Below, piece after piece: positions 62,466 through 63,891 of a stretch of 63,891 nt of DNA. This stretch comes from Raillietiella orientalis. Its lineage: Eukaryota. Below the pieces are notes generated by a model. It ran no database searches, had not been told where the DNA came from, and saw only the letters and a list, made by a program, of their open reading frames with translations. The position numbers and the translations under genes are program-made. Within the stretch, counting starts at the first letter, position 1; each line of letters starts with the position of its first letter. The DNA lies in assembly GCA_036172245.1 (NCBI GenBank), contig JAYWIR010000148.1, positions 1 to 63,891 of the forward strand, read 5' to 3'.

Positions 62466-63891
62466 GCTTAGAGCAGACGTGTATCCTAGGTGCTCCTCGT
62501 GCCGGCAACCGTCCCTAGGTGTTGGCTTCGTGTTTGGTGGTGGTCGATCAGGAAGCAATGCCTGACACGACCACCAGTGCGTGTCAGACGGCGGTGGCAA
62601 CGTCGCCTCCTGAAGTAATGGAGCGCCAGGTGGCGGCGGCAACGTCGCCTCTAGAAAAGTTGGAATGCCAGGAAGCGGCGGCAACGTCGCCTTCAGTGGC
62701 GAAGGAGGTGGAGGCGACCGCCCCCACAAAACCGGTCCACGCTGCAGCTCGGGCATGAAGCGCCGTCGTGTCGGCGCCATCGCCTGCAGCCGCGGCTAAA
62801 TTATCTGCCTATGTAGAAGAGGGGTATATCCCATCGCTATTCTACAAGGTAGTGTATTTGTATCCCTCTGAGAGCGCGCGCGCCTTTTCGAAGGGGATGC
62901 GCGCACTCGATATTAAAGAGGAGGGGCTCTGCGCTATGACCATTCGTAGCGGGGGGCAGTACGTAGAGGTGATCTGCAAACACGCAGATCTGGCCCAACA
63001 TCTGCTCAAAACTCACGTGGTGATTGGGACACGCAGGCTCCTTCTTAGTATGGCGGATCAAATTATGGTGGTCCACCTTTTAGGAGTTACCGCGCGGATG
63101 CGAAAAGAAATATTAGACGCCGCGTTAAGAAAAGAAGGCACGGTCCATGCAGTATGGACCAAGCTTAGTACTTTTGGAGACGATACCACAGTTCAGTGCG
63201 ACCTCACAGGTACCCGTGTAACCGTTTGGGAGAGCTCTACCCTTCCCCAGAAACTGGTAATCGGCGGAGAAAGGGTCGATCTCTGGTACGTGGGGAAGCC
63301 CAAATATTGTGGGTTCCGCAACACGTCGGGACACCTCAAAAGGAGGTGCCCCAACGTACAGTGCCTGGTATGCGGGACAATGGGACACACGAAGGAAGTA
63401 TGTCCACAATCCGCTGTGCGCGTGGTTTCCGCAAGGAACCTAAAAAAACGCGCGCGGCTGCTACAGAAAAAACTGGCGGCGAAGGCTGCCGCTCAAGCTG
63501 TGCCACCCACTCCCGTGGTCCAGGCCTCAGCCGACACCCCGGCAACGAATGCCGAAAAAATCGACAACAGCGGTCAGGTGTCGGAATGGCAAGAAGCCAC
63601 AGCGAAAAAAAAAAAGTGGAAGAAAGAACGACGAATTGAAAAAAGCTCGCCTACCAAAATAAAAAGCAGCAGGTTAGCGAGAATTTAAAACAATGCAGCG
63701 TCATCGGGGAAGGCGTTTACGCCGAACGCCGCAAGGTAGAAATCGCTTCTACCGACGAGCAACCCACTGTTGAAAATGTCAACAGCGTGGGGAGCGAACC
63801 GGCGGAAGCGTCCGCCATCTAGACCGTGATCGATGACGCCGCCTACGAGCGTGCAGCGGAGGAGCTGGCTGCATCGTTGCAGCCAGACCTC
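62466..63891 (+). mobile_element. Family A element, 5' part; runs off the window end
   Basis: A-type 5'UTR with AGACGTG; ORF1 from 62558 with CLVCGTMGHTKEVC. Confidence 0.9.
62590..62717 (+). repeat. Three 42-bp units (AATSPxExME-like) in the ORF1 N-terminus
   Basis: GGCAACGTCGCCT recurs at 42-bp spacing; other family A copies have two units. Confidence 0.78.

Overview
Eukaryotic genomic DNA. About 56 of the 64 kb is a deeply nested pile of related APE-type non-LTR retrotransposons of the L1/Tx1 type. ORF1 has two CCHC zinc knuckles, and ORF2 has an APE endonuclease, an RT (YADD) and a C-terminal CCHC finger. I resolved about 20 copies or fragments in roughly 7 subfamilies, given ad hoc labels A, B, C, D, X, Y and Z from their 5'UTR/ORF1 starts and 3'UTRs. 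None has a fully intact ORF2. The main observation is that these elements insert into one another at fixed nucleotide positions in conserved ORF2 coding sequence, almost always antisense, and the site tracks the subfamily. Family C inserts at the PxGF(G) codons (4 events, about 10-bp TSD). Family A inserts at the RT motif HKAFD (5 junctions). B and D each use another site. The result is a nest at least 8 layers deep. Other shared traits are a tail-less 3' end (AATAAA plus terminal hairpin), a covarying 3'UTR structure, a GGACGTG 5' motif, TAATG versus AUG-less TAACA ORF1/ORF2 junctions and a shortened APE loop. One copy has a twin-priming-type inversion. An AT-rich island at about 50.8-58.7 kb has no such elements and no gene I can identify. 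All alignments were done by eye, so boundaries are accurate to within a few nt.
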